The notes: generated by a model from the letters alone, not told the origin. A DNA stretch of 64,000 nucleotides from Candidatus Hydrothermarchaeum profundi (GCA_002011125.2 MTMF02000009.1:1480989-1544988), one strand, 5' to 3'; positions 10,406 to 20,963 are shown, counted from the first letter of the stretch. Program-made: numbers and translations.

Positions 10406-11029
10406 TTATTTTTCCTCTTTAGCAGCTTTTTTATCTTTCATTGCGCCTTCTTTACTTTTCTTTTCTTCTTCTAGCCATTCAAATTTACCTAAACCAGGTT
10501 GTCGCATTGTAAGATTTATTTTACTCTCTTTTTCTTTTTCTGAACTCAGGCTTATGGCGACTACACGGGCTCTAACTTTGTCACCTACTTGAAGTACTCT
10601 ATTTGTTTCTTTACCGATCAATGCTTCTCTCTTTTTGTCATATATTATGAAGTCGTCTGTTATTTGAGATACGTGAATTAATCCATCCAGCGACCCAAAT
10701 CTGACAAAAGCTCCGAATTCTACTATTTCTACTACTTCTCCGTCTAGTATCTCATGAAGTTCTGGCTTAAAGACCAAGGCTTCGAACTTAGTATTGTGAA
10801 AAGCGGCTCCATCTCCGGGAATAACGCTGCCATCATCTATCTCTTTAATATCGGTTATAGCCAGTACGGCTCCTAAGTCTTTATCAATTTTACCTTCGTA
10901 TCCTCCTTCTCTACGTCCTTTGTAGCTATAACCCACTTTTAGAATATTATCAATCACGTCACCTAAGGGCTTTCCAAACATTTCTGGCGGTACTCTCACC
11001 AGATCCTCTAAGACCACTAATTTGAATAT
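10406..11029 (-). CDS. rpoE1: RNA polymerase subunit E' (Rpo7); probable ATA start at 11029 (GTG at 11017 is the alternative)
   Basis: DLVRVPP, PGDGAAF, FGAFV.FG.LDGLIHVSQI, LTMRQPGLGK.EW. Confidence 0.95.
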   Translation of the reverse strand: MFKLVVLEDLVRVPPEMFGKPLGDVIDNILKVGYSYKGRREGGYEGKIDKDLGAVLAITDIKEIDDGSVIPGDGAAFHNTKFEALVFKPELHEILDGEVVEIVEFGAFVRFGSLDGLIHVSQITDDFIIYDKKREALIGKETNRVLQVGDKVRARVVAISLSSEKEKESKINLTMRQPGLGKFEWLEEEKKSKEGAMKDKKAAKEEK

Positions 11030-11041
11030 GGTGATACCTCC

Positions 11042-11431
11042 TTATTTCAAATATCCTTCAATGGTTAAGTATTTTTTTTGCCTTAAATAAATGATAGGTG
11101 CCCCCTTTTTTCTTATCTTCTCCTTTAAAACCTTATCGTTTGTACAAATAATAGTATCTCTTGATGCAAGATTTAGTAGGATATCGTCGGGATTTCCTTT
11201 TATATCAAGTAATTTCATTTTTTTTACCTCATGTAATGCAGCTCGTGCATATTGGGCACTAGTTCCCTTCTTTTTTGAGAGTTTTTCTAGTTCTTCAATA
11301 ACTCCTTTCAAGGTGTATACTTCGTATTTAACATCCAAGATTCTTTCAATCTCAGAACGAATATCAACGCCAAATTGAAACTGAGATAGAATAAAGTTCG
11401 TATCTAATATTACTTTATATGATTGTTCCGT
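11042..11431 (-). CDS. PIN-domain ribonuclease (Utp24/Fcf1-like); no canonical start codon, probable ACG start
   Basis: Frame open upstream of the track ORF: (T)[14 protein letters not shown]...VIEELEKL...DD...TNDKVLK...YLRQKK; conserved position after eIF2gamma. Confidence 0.85.
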   Translation of the reverse strand, partial: TEQSYKVILDTNFILSQFQFGVDIRSEIERILDVKYEVYTLKGVIEELEKLSKKKGTSAQYARAALHEVKKMKLLDIKGNPDDILLNLASRDTIICTNDKVLKEKIRKKGAPIIYLRQKKYLTIEGYLK

Positions 11432-12635
11432 ATCCTATCAGCCTCCACCGGGTACCTATACGTCTACTTATCGCCACCCTATCTCCTTTATCAGCGCTTA
11501 CTGGTAACCTTAGCTTAAGCTCTGCGCTACCATTTCGTGCACTCGTTACAACGCCAACACTTGTGGACGTTCCTACATTTAGCATGATAAGTTCGCTAGT
11601 CTTCAATTCTTCAACTTCTAACTCTTCTTTTGCACCAACTACCCTATTGAGGAGATTAACTTGAAGTGTTAAGCTGTTAAGTATGGGAGGCAGAGTTCCA
11701 GGTTCTCCTAATATCATGCCACTTAGACCATCGGCTTTTGTTAGGCTTGGATCCAGTTTGGTACCTATGCCTATTAAACCTCCAGGTCTCGCTATTTCTA
11801 TCTTTTCACTACCAACCATTAATGAAGTTATAGTAGTTTTAAGAGATCTCCAAAACGTTTGATTTTCTTCTTCTATCTTCAATCCAGGCCGGATTTCGAT
11901 TGTGTCGCCTACTTTTAAAGTACCTTGCATCAATGAACCTCCAACCACGCCTCCCTTTAACTCTTCTGGAGGAGTCCCGGGGCGATTAACGTCAAATGAT
12001 CTGGCGATATACATCCTAGCAGGCTTATTAGGATCCCTTTTAGGGGTCGGAATATTATTCTCTATTTCCATAATGAGGACATCGATATTAGCCTTATGCT
12101 GGGCTGCAATTGGTATAATAGGTGCGTTTTCAGCTGAGGTTCCCTTTATAAACTCTTTGATTTGTTTATAGTTTTCAAGTGCCTTTTCTTTAGAAACGAT
12201 ATCTATCTTATTTTGGACAATAACAATATTTTTTACTCCAATTATGTCTAGAGCCATTAAATGTTCTTTAGTCTGTGGTTGTGGGCAGGGCTCATTCGCA
12301 GCTATTACTAGTACAGCACCATCCATTATAGCAGCTCCTGATAGCATTGTAGCCATTAGTGTTTCATGACCCGGAGAATCTACAAATGAAACAGCTCTTA
12401 GAACCTCTGTTTTGGTACCACAATGGGTGCATATCTCTTCAGTTGTATAAGCTTGCGGTTCTGGGCACTTTGGGCATTTTCTAAACACGCAATTTGCATA
12501 ACCTAGCCTGATTGATATCCCTCTTTTTATTTCCTCACTGTGCCGGTCTGTCCAAACACCAGATAAAGCTTGAGTTAAAGTAGTTTTTCCATGGTCAACA
12601 TGACCAACCATCCCAATATTGATCTCAGACTGCAT
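11415..12635 (-). CDS. eif2g: Translation initiation factor aIF2 gamma
   Basis: [36 protein letters not shown]. Confidence 0.98.
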   Translation of the reverse strand: MQSEINIGMVGHVDHGKTTLTQALSGVWTDRHSEEIKRGISIRLGYANCVFRKCPKCPEPQAYTTEEICTHCGTKTEVLRAVSFVDSPGHETLMATMLSGAAIMDGAVLVIAANEPCPQPQTKEHLMALDIIGVKNIVIVQNKIDIVSKEKALENYKQIKEFIKGTSAENAPIIPIAAQHKANIDVLIMEIENNIPTPKRDPNKPARMYIARSFDVNRPGTPPEELKGGVVGGSLMQGTLKVGDTIEIRPGLKIEEENQTFWRSLKTTITSLMVGSEKIEIARPGGLIGIGTKLDPSLTKADGLSGMILGEPGTLPPILNSLTLQVNLLNRVVGAKEELEVEELKTSELIMLNVGTSTSVGVVTSARNGSAELKLRLPVSADKGDRVAISRRIGTRWRLIGYGTII

Positions 12636-12636
12636 C

Positions 12637-13020
12637 CTACTGTTCCTCTGCTCCTAATATTTTTTCTATAGGAGTATTTCCTTTTTTCACTATTTTTGCA
12701 TTTATCTGGACAATATTAGGTGTTATAGTGTTTCCAGCTACTGTTTTTCGCTTTTTAGTTCCTTTAGTTTTTGGCTTATAACCCGGGCCTTTTGTTAAAT
12801 ATACTCTTCTTCTTGTCCTACCGGGCACATCTTTTCTCATTGGGAAGCCATCTTTATCGCTTCCCCCAGTAATCATTAATTCATAACCGCTTAATCCAAT
12901 ACCTTTTGCATTTACCACTTCACCTATTTTTTTTCCAACGAAAACTTTTGCTTTAGCTTCGTCTAACTCTAAATTATAAGACCTCCCTGTTTCTGGGTCT
13001 GAGATTATGATCTTTTGCAA
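12637..13020 (-). CDS. rps6e: 30S ribosomal protein S6e
   Basis: [27 protein letters not shown]. Confidence 0.96.
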   Translation of the reverse strand: MQKIIISDPETGRSYNLELDEAKAKVFVGKKIGEVVNAKGIGLSGYELMITGGSDKDGFPMRKDVPGRTRRRVYLTKGPGYKPKTKGTKKRKTVAGNTITPNIVQINAKIVKKGNTPIEKILGAEEQ

Positions 13021-14802
13021 TTAAACACCTCCAGTTGCCCAAAATGGGTTTTTCTTGCGCTTGATTCTTTTTATTTCTTCAAAAGCTTCATTTTCCTCAA
13101 ACGATAGATCTTCTTTATATTTTGCTTCAATTAATCTGGCTTCGTTTTCAGATATATCGCTATATAAAATATCTCCCTCATTTATTTGTTTTCCTACTAC
13201 TGGTCCCTCGATAGATACCGCAACTTGTTGGCCAATTTGTGCACATGAAATGTTTCTGCCTTTATCTTGAATTCCTTTTATATATCCAATTTGGGTTCCG
13301 TCCTCCTTCATTAATTTATAGTTATTCCTTATAACCCCTGCTAGTACTTCTATTCCTACTATTGCTGGCTTACTCGTTCTAAAAACAAAACCAGGGAGTA
13401 TTCTTATCTTCGCTGGCATAATTATTTTCTCTAGCTCTCTCTTCTTCTCTTCCTCTAGTTTTTCTTTAACCCAGTCTAGGTATTCTTCAATTAATTTATA
13501 AATAACATTATTTCTGAAAATTAGTACTCCAGTATTATTTGCTCTCTCCTCAGCGTCTTTCAATACTTTAACATTGAATCCTAATACTACTGCCCTAATC
13601 GGGGCTTCCTCTTTTGCAGTCTCGGCTTCTAAAATATCCCGTTTTGTAATATCTCCCACATCAGCAAGTCTGATAGGTATCTTCTCTTCTTCTAGCATCT
13701 TTACAAGTGCTTCTAGAGAGCCTAAGGTATCTGCCTTTACTATGACTCCCAGTTTTTCTGTTTCTACTTTGACTTCCTCCATCTCAGCTTTGACTTCTTC
13801 TATTATCTCGTCTCTCCCATTCCATATTGCTCTTAAAGGAGAGCCAGCGAGAGCCTCTCCTAAATTTGGTGCTGCGATTTTGATTCCTGCTGCAGCTACA
13901 ACTTCAGTAGTGCTTTGAAATCTATACCTAGGGTCTCTTATTTCGTCTAACGGTTTCGGCTTTAGAAGAGACCTTACTTTCGTCACAATAACATCTTTTT
14001 TTCCTCCTAAAGCAATGTAGTCCCCTCTCCTAATTTTTCCATCGTAGATTATTACATCTATTGTTGTGCCGAGCCCTACTTCCTCTTTTACCTCTAATAT
14101 CGTCCCCTTAGCCGGGCTGTCAAGTTTGATTTGTAGTTTTTTCTCTAAGAACTTTTGAGCTAATCCGATTAGTATCATTAAAAGCTCTGGAAGACCTTCT
14201 CCAGTTTTTGCACTGACCGGAACTATTGCGACTTGCTTCTCAAATTTTTCTACTCTGTCGAATCTTTCTGATTGAAATCCTTCTTCATAGAGCTTGCCTA
14301 CTAACTCGTATACTTTCTCCTCCAAATATTTTCTTACACCCTCAGTTTGTTTTGAAAAACTATGGGTAAATGGATATCTCTGGAAAACTTGCCATCCGCG
14401 TATTTTATCGATTTTATTTGCTGCTATTAGGAAAGGCGTCCTATTTGTTCTAAGAATATTTAGCGCTTCGAAAGTTTGAGGCTGAAAGCCTTCTGTTATA
14501 TCTACAACCAGTATAGCAATATCAGCTAGCGCTCCTCCCCTTTTACGGAGCGTTGTAAAAGCCGCATGCCCGGGGGTGTCTATGAAGAGAAGTCCTGGGA
14601 TAGTTATCTTAATACTCAGTTGTTTCATCAAGCCTCCACAAATATTTTCTATGACCTTTATAGGTATCTCAGTAGCTCCTATATGTTGTGTAATGCCCCC
14701 TGCCTCTCTCTCTGCAACCGCGCTCCCTCTTATCTTATCTAGTAGAGTAGTCTTACCATGGTCTACGTGACCTAACACGGACACAACGGGTTGCCTTATC
14801 AT
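13021..14802 (-). CDS. infB: Translation initiation factor aIF5B (IF-2)
   Basis: [43 protein letters not shown]. Confidence 0.98.
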   Translation of the reverse strand: MIRQPVVSVLGHVDHGKTTLLDKIRGSAVAEREAGGITQHIGATEIPIKVIENICGGLMKQLSIKITIPGLLFIDTPGHAAFTTLRKRGGALADIAILVVDITEGFQPQTFEALNILRTNRTPFLIAANKIDKIRGWQVFQRYPFTHSFSKQTEGVRKYLEEKVYELVGKLYEEGFQSERFDRVEKFEKQVAIVPVSAKTGEGLPELLMILIGLAQKFLEKKLQIKLDSPAKGTILEVKEEVGLGTTIDVIIYDGKIRRGDYIALGGKKDVIVTKVRSLLKPKPLDEIRDPRYRFQSTTEVVAAAGIKIAAPNLGEALAGSPLRAIWNGRDEIIEEVKAEMEEVKVETEKLGVIVKADTLGSLEALVKMLEEEKIPIRLADVGDITKRDILEAETAKEEAPIRAVVLGFNVKVLKDAEERANNTGVLIFRNNVIYKLIEEYLDWVKEKLEEEKKRELEKIIMPAKIRILPGFVFRTSKPAIVGIEVLAGVIRNNYKLMKEDGTQIGYIKGIQDKGRNISCAQIGQQVAVSIEGPVVGKQINEGDILYSDISENEARLIEAKYKEDLSFEENEAFEEIKRIKRKKNPFWATGGV

Positions 14803-14860
14803 TCTTATAGAACTCCTACTAAAAATATGATATGACTTTTAATTAATTAGCTTAAGATAG

Positions 14861-15313
14861 TTAGCTTTCGTAAATCCACTCTTCGCCTGCCCTTTTATAT
14901 TTGACGAGTTCTTCTTCACTAAAGAATAGTTCTAACTCTCTTTTGGCAGATTCAATCGAGTCCGAGGCATGAACTATGTTTTTCCCAACATCTATTCCAA
15001 AATCCCCTCGAATTGTTCCTATAGGCGATTCTTTAGGGTCAGTATTTCCTATAATAGATCTTAGTATCCTTACTGCATCCTTGCCTTCAATAGCCATAGC
15101 AACTGAGGGGGCTGAGGTGATAAAGGATATAAGACTCTCAAAAAAAGGCTTATCTTTATGTTCGGCGTAATGTTTTTTTGCGAGATTCTCGTCTAGCTTT
15201 ATCATTTTCATTCCTACTATTTTCAGGCCTTTATCTTCTATTCTAGATATGACTTTTCCTATTAACCCCCTTGATACTCCATCAGGCTTTATCATTAGGA
15301 ATGTCCTCTCCAC
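14861..15313 (-). CDS. ndk: Nucleoside diphosphate kinase
   Basis: [28 protein letters not shown]. Confidence 0.97.
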   Translation of the reverse strand: MERTFLMIKPDGVSRGLIGKVISRIEDKGLKIVGMKMIKLDENLAKKHYAEHKDKPFFESLISFITSAPSVAMAIEGKDAVRILRSIIGNTDPKESPIGTIRGDFGIDVGKNIVHASDSIESAKRELELFFSEEELVKYKRAGEEWIYES

Positions 15314-15326
15314 TTTTTCAGCCCCA

Positions 15327-15512
15327 TTAATCTCGCTTCTTTTTAATAACCCACCTTACTTTTCTAGGAGTCCTTCCAAGTTTAATGAGATTTTTTTCAC
15401 ATTTTGAACTGCAAAAATAGAGTACATGGCCGTCTTTCTTTACAAACATTATTCCAGTTCCGGGTTCGATCGTATCCCTACAAAATGAACATTTATGGGC
15501 TTCCATTTCCAA
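15327..15512 (-). CDS. rpl24e: 50S ribosomal protein L24e
   Basis: CSFC..IEPGTG.MFV..DG...FCSSKC. Confidence 0.96.
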   Translation of the reverse strand: MEMEAHKCSFCRDTIEPGTGIMFVKKDGHVLYFCSSKCEKNLIKLGRTPRKVRWVIKKKRD

Positions 15513-15515
15513 TCA

Positions 15516-15731
15516 CTATGGTATTTTTATCTCCCTTGCTTCACGCTCAGTTTCCATTAATATTAAGATATCACCAACTCTAACGGGTCCTTTAACATTC
15601 CTTCGGATAATCCTCCCTTTATCCCTTCCCTGAAGTATCCTACATTTTACCTGTAATATCTCTCCTGTCATTCCTGTTCTCCCAATTACTTCGACAACTT
15701 CTGCGGGAAAACCTTGATATTCCTCAACCAT
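15516..15731 (-). CDS. rps28e: 30S ribosomal protein S28e
   Basis: [29 protein letters not shown]. Confidence 0.97.
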   Translation of the reverse strand: MVEEYQGFPAEVVEVIGRTGMTGEILQVKCRILQGRDKGRIIRRNVKGPVRVGDILILMETEREAREIKIP

Positions 15732-15740
15732 ATAGATCGC

Positions 15741-16112
15741 TTACTCCTTTTTTAATGCTTTAAGTTGCTCTACAATCTCATCAACAGCTTCTTTTGCCTT
15801 TCCAGGATTTACTATGCATGATGAAGCAGTCGGAACCTCGATTCCACTAGCTTTTCCAAGTTCCATTTTATCTGGCACATATATATAGGGGATTTTTTTC
15901 TCTTCGCAGAGCATAGGTAGATGAGCCACTATTTCTTCAGGCTCAACATCTGTGGCGATCAAAACAAGTTTTGCTTGGCCACGCTCAACCAACTTAGTCA
16001 CTTCGTTTGTTCCTTTTCTAATTTTTCCAGTGCTCCTTGCAGTTTCCAAGGCTTCATATGCTTTTTCAGCGAGTTCTTTCGGAACCTCGAACCTTACATA
16101 CATTTTAGACAT
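15741..16112 (-). CDS. rpl7ae: 50S ribosomal protein L7Ae
   Basis: [29 protein letters not shown]. Confidence 0.97.
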   Translation of the reverse strand: MSKMYVRFEVPKELAEKAYEALETARSTGKIRKGTNEVTKLVERGQAKLVLIATDVEPEEIVAHLPMLCEEKKIPYIYVPDKMELGKASGIEVPTASSCIVNPGKAKEAVDEIVEQLKALKKE

Positions 16113-16177
16113 TTCATACCTCCTTTCATCGGTATGTCCTATTAGAGAGAATTAATATCTGATTTAAAGTTTTCCCT

Positions 16178-17854
16178 TTATTTATGAGTAAAGTAGGATA
16201 CTATTTCTCCGTCTTTACTGTCTATTCTGACGTAACCAAATCTCTCAAATTGTACTATATCATCTATGTTAACATCAGTAAGGCTAATTTCTCCTACTCC
16301 TCCAATAACTCCATTAGGTGAGATTACTTTAACTGCGATATTCTCTTTTACGGGTACCCAGTGAATTAATTTTGCCTTTATTTCTCTTGCATACTCCAGT
16401 TCTTCACTTACAAATTTGCTAATAATCTTATCTTTCTTACTACAGATCTCTATATTAAATGCCTCCATGAGTCTAACAGTGTTGCCTTCTTTCAAATTAT
16501 CGAAATCTTGTTTGGTAATGTATAATCTACACTCACCTTGCTCTGAGGTAATACTGATTACTCTACTACCTCTATCTGGATAATCAGGATGTAGTGGTGC
16601 TTTAACTTTTTTCCCTTTACATCCCTTCACGATCAATTCTTTTGGATTAAAAACAAAAAAGTACCTGTTTGATTTTGCATCGATGAAACTTCTATTAAAT
16701 GCGTAGAGATTTTCCCAACTAAAGTTTATGTCCGCCATTTTTACCCCAATGTCTATCATGGCTTGTCTAACGGCCTCAGGCTGTATTCCTCTACGTTTAA
16801 GCGCTTTCAATGTTCCCAGCTTTATGTCATCCCATCCAGAATATTCTCCTTTTTTAATTCCTTCCCTAATATCGGAAGTGCTCAATGCAACACCTTCTAT
16901 TTTTAGTCTACCATAATGAATAAACTCTGGAGGTGTCCAGCCAAGATATTTATAAATGAATTTTTGCTTTTCAGTATTTGCTATGTGATCTTTGCCTCTC
17001 AATACGTGAGTAAGACCATCTAAGTGATCATCAATTGTTACCGAAAAGTTCATAAGAGGGTATACTCTACAGTCTCCAACACGCGGATGGGGAAAGCCAC
17101 TTATCCTCATTATCGGAAACTCTCGCATAGAGGGGTCTGCTAGGTTCATATCCGTTTTTAGTCTTACTACAGCTTCTCCTTCACCATAAGCAGTGAACAT
17201 TTTTTCAAATCTTTCAAGGTTCAGTTCTATTTCGTTGTTTCTGCAGTTACAGATTCTCTTTAGTACTCTTAATTTTTGAAATTCTTTAGGATTGCAAGTG
17301 CAAACATACGCGTGCCCTTTTTTTATTAATTTCTCCGCATAGCGATAGTAAATTTCTAAGCGGTCAGATTGTATCACCGTTTTATGAGTAGTTACCCCGA
17401 GCCATTCTAAATCCTGCTTTATCATGTCATAGGCGTCTAGGTCTACTCTAGTTGGGTCAGTATCTTCGAATCTTAGAATGAGCTTTCCATTGTATCGTTT
17501 AGCATATTCATCATTTAATACAGCTGCCCTACTATGGCCTAGATGCAGGGGTCCTGAGGGGTTAGGGGCAAATCGTAAAACAACATTTTTGGTTTTAGAT
17601 AATGGGGGTAATGTTTTCTCTCTCTTCTCTTTAACCGAGAATTCATATTTCTTTATATTTTTTTCTCGTTCTTTAATAGAAAGAGAATTCACTTCTTTTA
17701 CTATATCCTCAACCTGAGGGAGGAGTTCCTTAATTCTGGATTTAAGCTCTGGAAGCTCAGCGAGTACTTTACCCAAAACAGCTTTAGAATCCGCTTTCCC
17801 ATAGTCAAGGGCATTTTTCAGCGCATACTTATAGATTATCTCTTTCAAACTCAT
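16178..17854 (-). CDS. gltX: Glutamyl-tRNA synthetase (archaeal)
   Basis: RFAPNPSGPLHLGH, LRFEDTDP, THVLRGKDH, QFERFGY. Confidence 0.97.
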   Translation of the reverse strand: MSLKEIIYKYALKNALDYGKADSKAVLGKVLAELPELKSRIKELLPQVEDIVKEVNSLSIKEREKNIKKYEFSVKEKREKTLPPLSKTKNVVLRFAPNPSGPLHLGHSRAAVLNDEYAKRYNGKLILRFEDTDPTRVDLDAYDMIKQDLEWLGVTTHKTVIQSDRLEIYYRYAEKLIKKGHAYVCTCNPKEFQKLRVLKRICNCRNNEIELNLERFEKMFTAYGEGEAVVRLKTDMNLADPSMREFPIMRISGFPHPRVGDCRVYPLMNFSVTIDDHLDGLTHVLRGKDHIANTEKQKFIYKYLGWTPPEFIHYGRLKIEGVALSTSDIREGIKKGEYSGWDDIKLGTLKALKRRGIQPEAVRQAMIDIGVKMADINFSWENLYAFNRSFIDAKSNRYFFVFNPKELIVKGCKGKKVKAPLHPDYPDRGSRVISITSEQGECRLYITKQDFDNLKEGNTVRLMEAFNIEICSKKDKIISKFVSEELEYAREIKAKLIHWVPVKENIAVKVISPNGVIGGVGEISLTDVNIDDIVQFERFGYVRIDSKDGEIVSYFTHK

Positions 17855-17966
17855 AAACTCCTTCGGTTTAAATCGTTAATGTAAAAAAGCTTTACCTTGG
17901 ATAGAATAAATTTATAAGCTTTGAATTAAAAACATTACTGAAAACTCTTATAAAAGGTGGGGTGAG

Positions 17967-18137
17967 ATGAAGAGAGAGATCGAGGGAATATTAGTAAGGG
18001 AGAAGGATCAGCCAGCTATCAAAACCTCTGATAATAAGATTAGACTAATTTATAATCTATTTGATGGACTTACAGGAAAAAAAGTTAAATTTATTATCGA
18101 GGAAATCACCGAAGAAGAGAGCACAGACGATGCCTAA
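17967..18137 (+). CDS. Small hypothetical protein, 56 aa
   Basis: MKREIEGILVREKDQPAIKTSDNKIRLIYNLFDGLTGKKVKFIIEEITEEESTDDA; GGGGTGA RBS; TTTATAA upstream. Confidence 0.6.
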   Translation: MKREIEGILVREKDQPAIKTSDNKIRLIYNLFDGLTGKKVKFIIEEITEEESTDDA

Positions 18138-18212
18138 GTCTGTAGCTAGCAGTTTATTTGACGAGGGAATTTTTAAGCGTTGATATCCTACTATAAGCTT
18201 CGAGTGATTAAT

Positions 18213-19199
18213 ATGGATATACTATGGTTAGATGATGAAGATATGAAGAAAGTTTTAACTATGGATAAGGTCATGGACGCGGTTAAAGAAGCTTTTAAGG
18301 AACATGGTTTAAAGAATGTCAGAATGCCTCCTAAGATTTATCTTAATTTAAACGAATTCAACGGGGATATTAGGGCTATGCCAGCATATATTCCCTCGCT
18401 AAAAACAGCAGGTGTAAAAATAGTTAATGCTCATCCAGATAATCCTAAAAAAAATCTTCCTACAGTGATGGCAGTAGTTATATTAAATGACCCTACGACA
18501 GGTGCTCCTTACTCTATAATGAACGGAACTCTTCTCACAGACATGAGAACCGGTGCTGCAGGAGGTCTCGCAGCGAGATATTTGGCAAGAGAAGATTCAG
18601 CTGTGATTGGAATGATAGGCTCTGGGAGACAGGCTAGAACTCAACTTATGGGGTTAAGTGAGATAATGGGTATCGAGATGGTAAAAGTAGCGAGTAAAAG
18701 CAGAGAAAGTTGCGTAAAATTCAAGGAGGAAATGAAAGAACTCATCTGTGGAGATATCGTTATAACTACGGTTAAAGAGGCATGTGACTGTGATATCTTG
18801 GTGACTACCACGCCTGTTACTGCTCCTATTATTAAGGCAGAATGGGTCAAGCTTGGCACTCACATTAATGCTATTGGAGCAGATGCGCGAGGAAAAGAGG
18901 AATTAGACCCTTTACTCCTAAAGAAGTCGAAAATAGTTGTAGATGACAAGGCGCAAGCGTTTCACTCCGGTGAAATTAATGTTCCTCTTGAAAAAGGGAT
19001 AATCACCGAGAAAGATATCTACGGAGAACTCGGTGAAATAATAGCTGGATTAAAGCCCGGTAGAGAAAATGACTCGGAGATAACTATTTTTGACTCTACA
19101 GGTCTCGCAATTCAGGATATCGCTACGGCTAATCTCGCATATTCTCTGGCAAAATCTAAGGGTTTAGGAATGAGTATTCCATATAATCCTTTGAGCTAG
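18213..19199 (+). CDS. ala: Alanine dehydrogenase (ornithine cyclodeaminase/mu-crystallin family)
   Basis: GDIRAMPAY, VKIVNAHP.N, TDMRTGAAG, INAIGAD, FDSTGLAIQD. Confidence 0.88.
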   Translation: MDILWLDDEDMKKVLTMDKVMDAVKEAFKEHGLKNVRMPPKIYLNLNEFNGDIRAMPAYIPSLKTAGVKIVNAHPDNPKKNLPTVMAVVILNDPTTGAPYSIMNGTLLTDMRTGAAGGLAARYLAREDSAVIGMIGSGRQARTQLMGLSEIMGIEMVKVASKSRESCVKFKEEMKELICGDIVITTVKEACDCDILVTTTPVTAPIIKAEWVKLGTHINAIGADARGKEELDPLLLKKSKIVVDDKAQAFHSGEINVPLEKGIITEKDIYGELGEIIAGLKPGRENDSEITIFDSTGLAIQDIATANLAYSLAKSKGLGMSIPYNPLS

Positions 19200-19200
19200 T

Positions 19201-19872
19201 TTAATGGTGAGAGGATTTTAGACTTAGTGATAAAAATAAGTGGTCTTTCTCATATGGACTTAGATCGATGCTTTGTTCTATTTGAAAAACCTTTCTCAGT
19301 TTTCTTTTCTCTCTTCTGAAGATAGTTTCCGGCCTTTCCGCTACGTCTATACTTCGGGCTTTTACAGCTAGTAGTGCATGCCCCTCTTTTTTTAGGAAAT
19401 ATTCTGCATTAATGGTAAGTATCTCTGTTTGATTAGGCTGAGCTATATCTTGGTAAATTATGTCGACTTCTTCTAGCAATGGACTATACTCTTCAGGGTT
19501 TGACGCGTTCCCAAGGATAGGTATTAGGTTGTTTCTCTTTCTACTATTCTCAAGTAGTCCGAGGTATGCTTTTTTAGAAAATTCGATACAGTATACTACT
19601 CCTTCTGTAGCCACATCAGAGACATGGGAAGCAGTAGTTCCGGTTGCAGCTCCTAAGTACAGTATCTTTGAGTTTTTTTCAATAGGAAGGTTTTCTAGCC
19701 CATTCAGGATAGCCGCTGCGAGTTTACTTCTTGTAGGATTCCATAGCCTATATTCCTCTCCATTAATCTCAATTAATCTCTCGCCGTAGACGTTAAGTCC
19801 TGGCGTATAATTTTTGGTAGCAAGTCTGTCTCCTAGCAGATATATGCCTGGAAATTTTTCTTCTACCTGCGT
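19201..19872 (-). CDS. flpA: Fibrillarin (box C/D 2'-O-methyltransferase); probable ACG start
   Basis: Frame extends 86 codons upstream of the track ORF: QVEEKFPGIY...NVYGE...YRLWNPTRSKLAAAI...LYLGAATGTTASHVSD...QDIAQPNQ. Confidence 0.95.
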   Translation of the reverse strand, partial: TQVEEKFPGIYLLGDRLATKNYTPGLNVYGERLIEINGEEYRLWNPTRSKLAAAILNGLENLPIEKNSKILYLGAATGTTASHVSDVATEGVVYCIEFSKKAYLGLLENSRKRNNLIPILGNASNPEEYSPLLEEVDIIYQDIAQPNQTEILTINAEYFLKKEGHALLAVKARSIDVAERPETIFRREKRKLRKVFQIEQSIDLSPYEKDHLFLSLSLKSSHH

Positions 19873-20921
19873 TTTCTTTCCCTCCCCGTTTTCTTTTTCC
19901 GCTTAATAATCCTCATTTTCTTAGGTTCAACAGGATAACTTTCTTTTATCTCTTTTATCCTTTCATTTAACTCTTTATTAAGAAGATCAGCGATATACTC
20001 CCCTGTAAAAGCGTCAGCTCTAGCAGCTATAGATATTTTTTGGGCAATAATCCTCGCTATCTTTCCTCTCTGCCACCATGGTGCGGATTTTATTAGAGGG
20101 TGTTGGGATATTATTCCATGTTTAGGGGGTGGGAGTTTCTTTCTAATGTGCATGAATAATGCCCGTTCGGCTCCTAATAGCTGTAGTCTACTTCCGGGCA
20201 TTTTAGCTAAATTATCCAGACCTTTCGCATAATGTAATAATCTGGCTCCTAGTGTGGGACCTATAATAGCTGATGTATTCGGAGCTACTTTTTCCATCTT
20301 TTTTATTATATATTTTTCAAGCTTTTTTTTAAAGTTCCATAATGATAAGATGCCCTCAGAAAAATCGGTAATTATACTTATATCCTCCTCCAAGAAATCT
20401 GCGCCGACAGATTCTTTAGCTAACTTCCCTAATTCCCCTTCAAACATTTCTCTAGGGCCATACTTCCTTATAAGCTTTGAATATTTTTCATTGTCATTGA
20501 TTTCCTTATCCAATTCTGGAAAATGTAGGGAATACCATTCTCTTATCATTTCCGTCAGTTGATTAAGGGAGTACTCTATCACGTCTAAAGCTTTAACGCC
20601 TTGAATTATTAGTTGATCTTCTTCCATGCTTTGAAGCTCTTGTTTAGCTAACTCTTCAGCAACTCCTTTAAGTAGCGAGTAGTATTCGGGTAGAGAAACA
20701 TCGAATTTTGCTATTATCTCTGGAAAATTTCGTCTTAAGATCTTCCCGCCATCTTCTATCTCAAAATTTTTGAATTTCTTCAATATTGCAGCGTTTGTCT
20801 TTTTCTTTAATCTCTCGGAGATTGCCTTTGGGTCTTTGGGGAAGGGTTCAAATTCAAGTAAATCTCCCTCTTCACTAAATACGAAAAAACCTAGGATATT
20901 TTTCGCTATGTAAACTTTCAT
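19863..20921 (-). CDS. nop5: Nop5 (Nop56/58) box C/D RNP protein
   Basis: REWYSLHFPEL, APN.SA..G..LGARL, LQLLGAERALF, PKHGII. Confidence 0.95.
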   Translation of the reverse strand: MKVYIAKNILGFFVFSEEGDLLEFEPFPKDPKAISERLKKKTNAAILKKFKNFEIEDGGKILRRNFPEIIAKFDVSLPEYYSLLKGVAEELAKQELQSMEEDQLIIQGVKALDVIEYSLNQLTEMIREWYSLHFPELDKEINDNEKYSKLIRKYGPREMFEGELGKLAKESVGADFLEEDISIITDFSEGILSLWNFKKKLEKYIIKKMEKVAPNTSAIIGPTLGARLLHYAKGLDNLAKMPGSRLQLLGAERALFMHIRKKLPPPKHGIISQHPLIKSAPWWQRGKIARIIAQKISIAARADAFTGEYIADLLNKELNERIKEIKESYPVEPKKMRIIKRKKKTGRERKRR

Positions 20922-20963
20922 GAAATTATTTAAATCCTTGCGTATTAATTTACTTTTGGTGTT

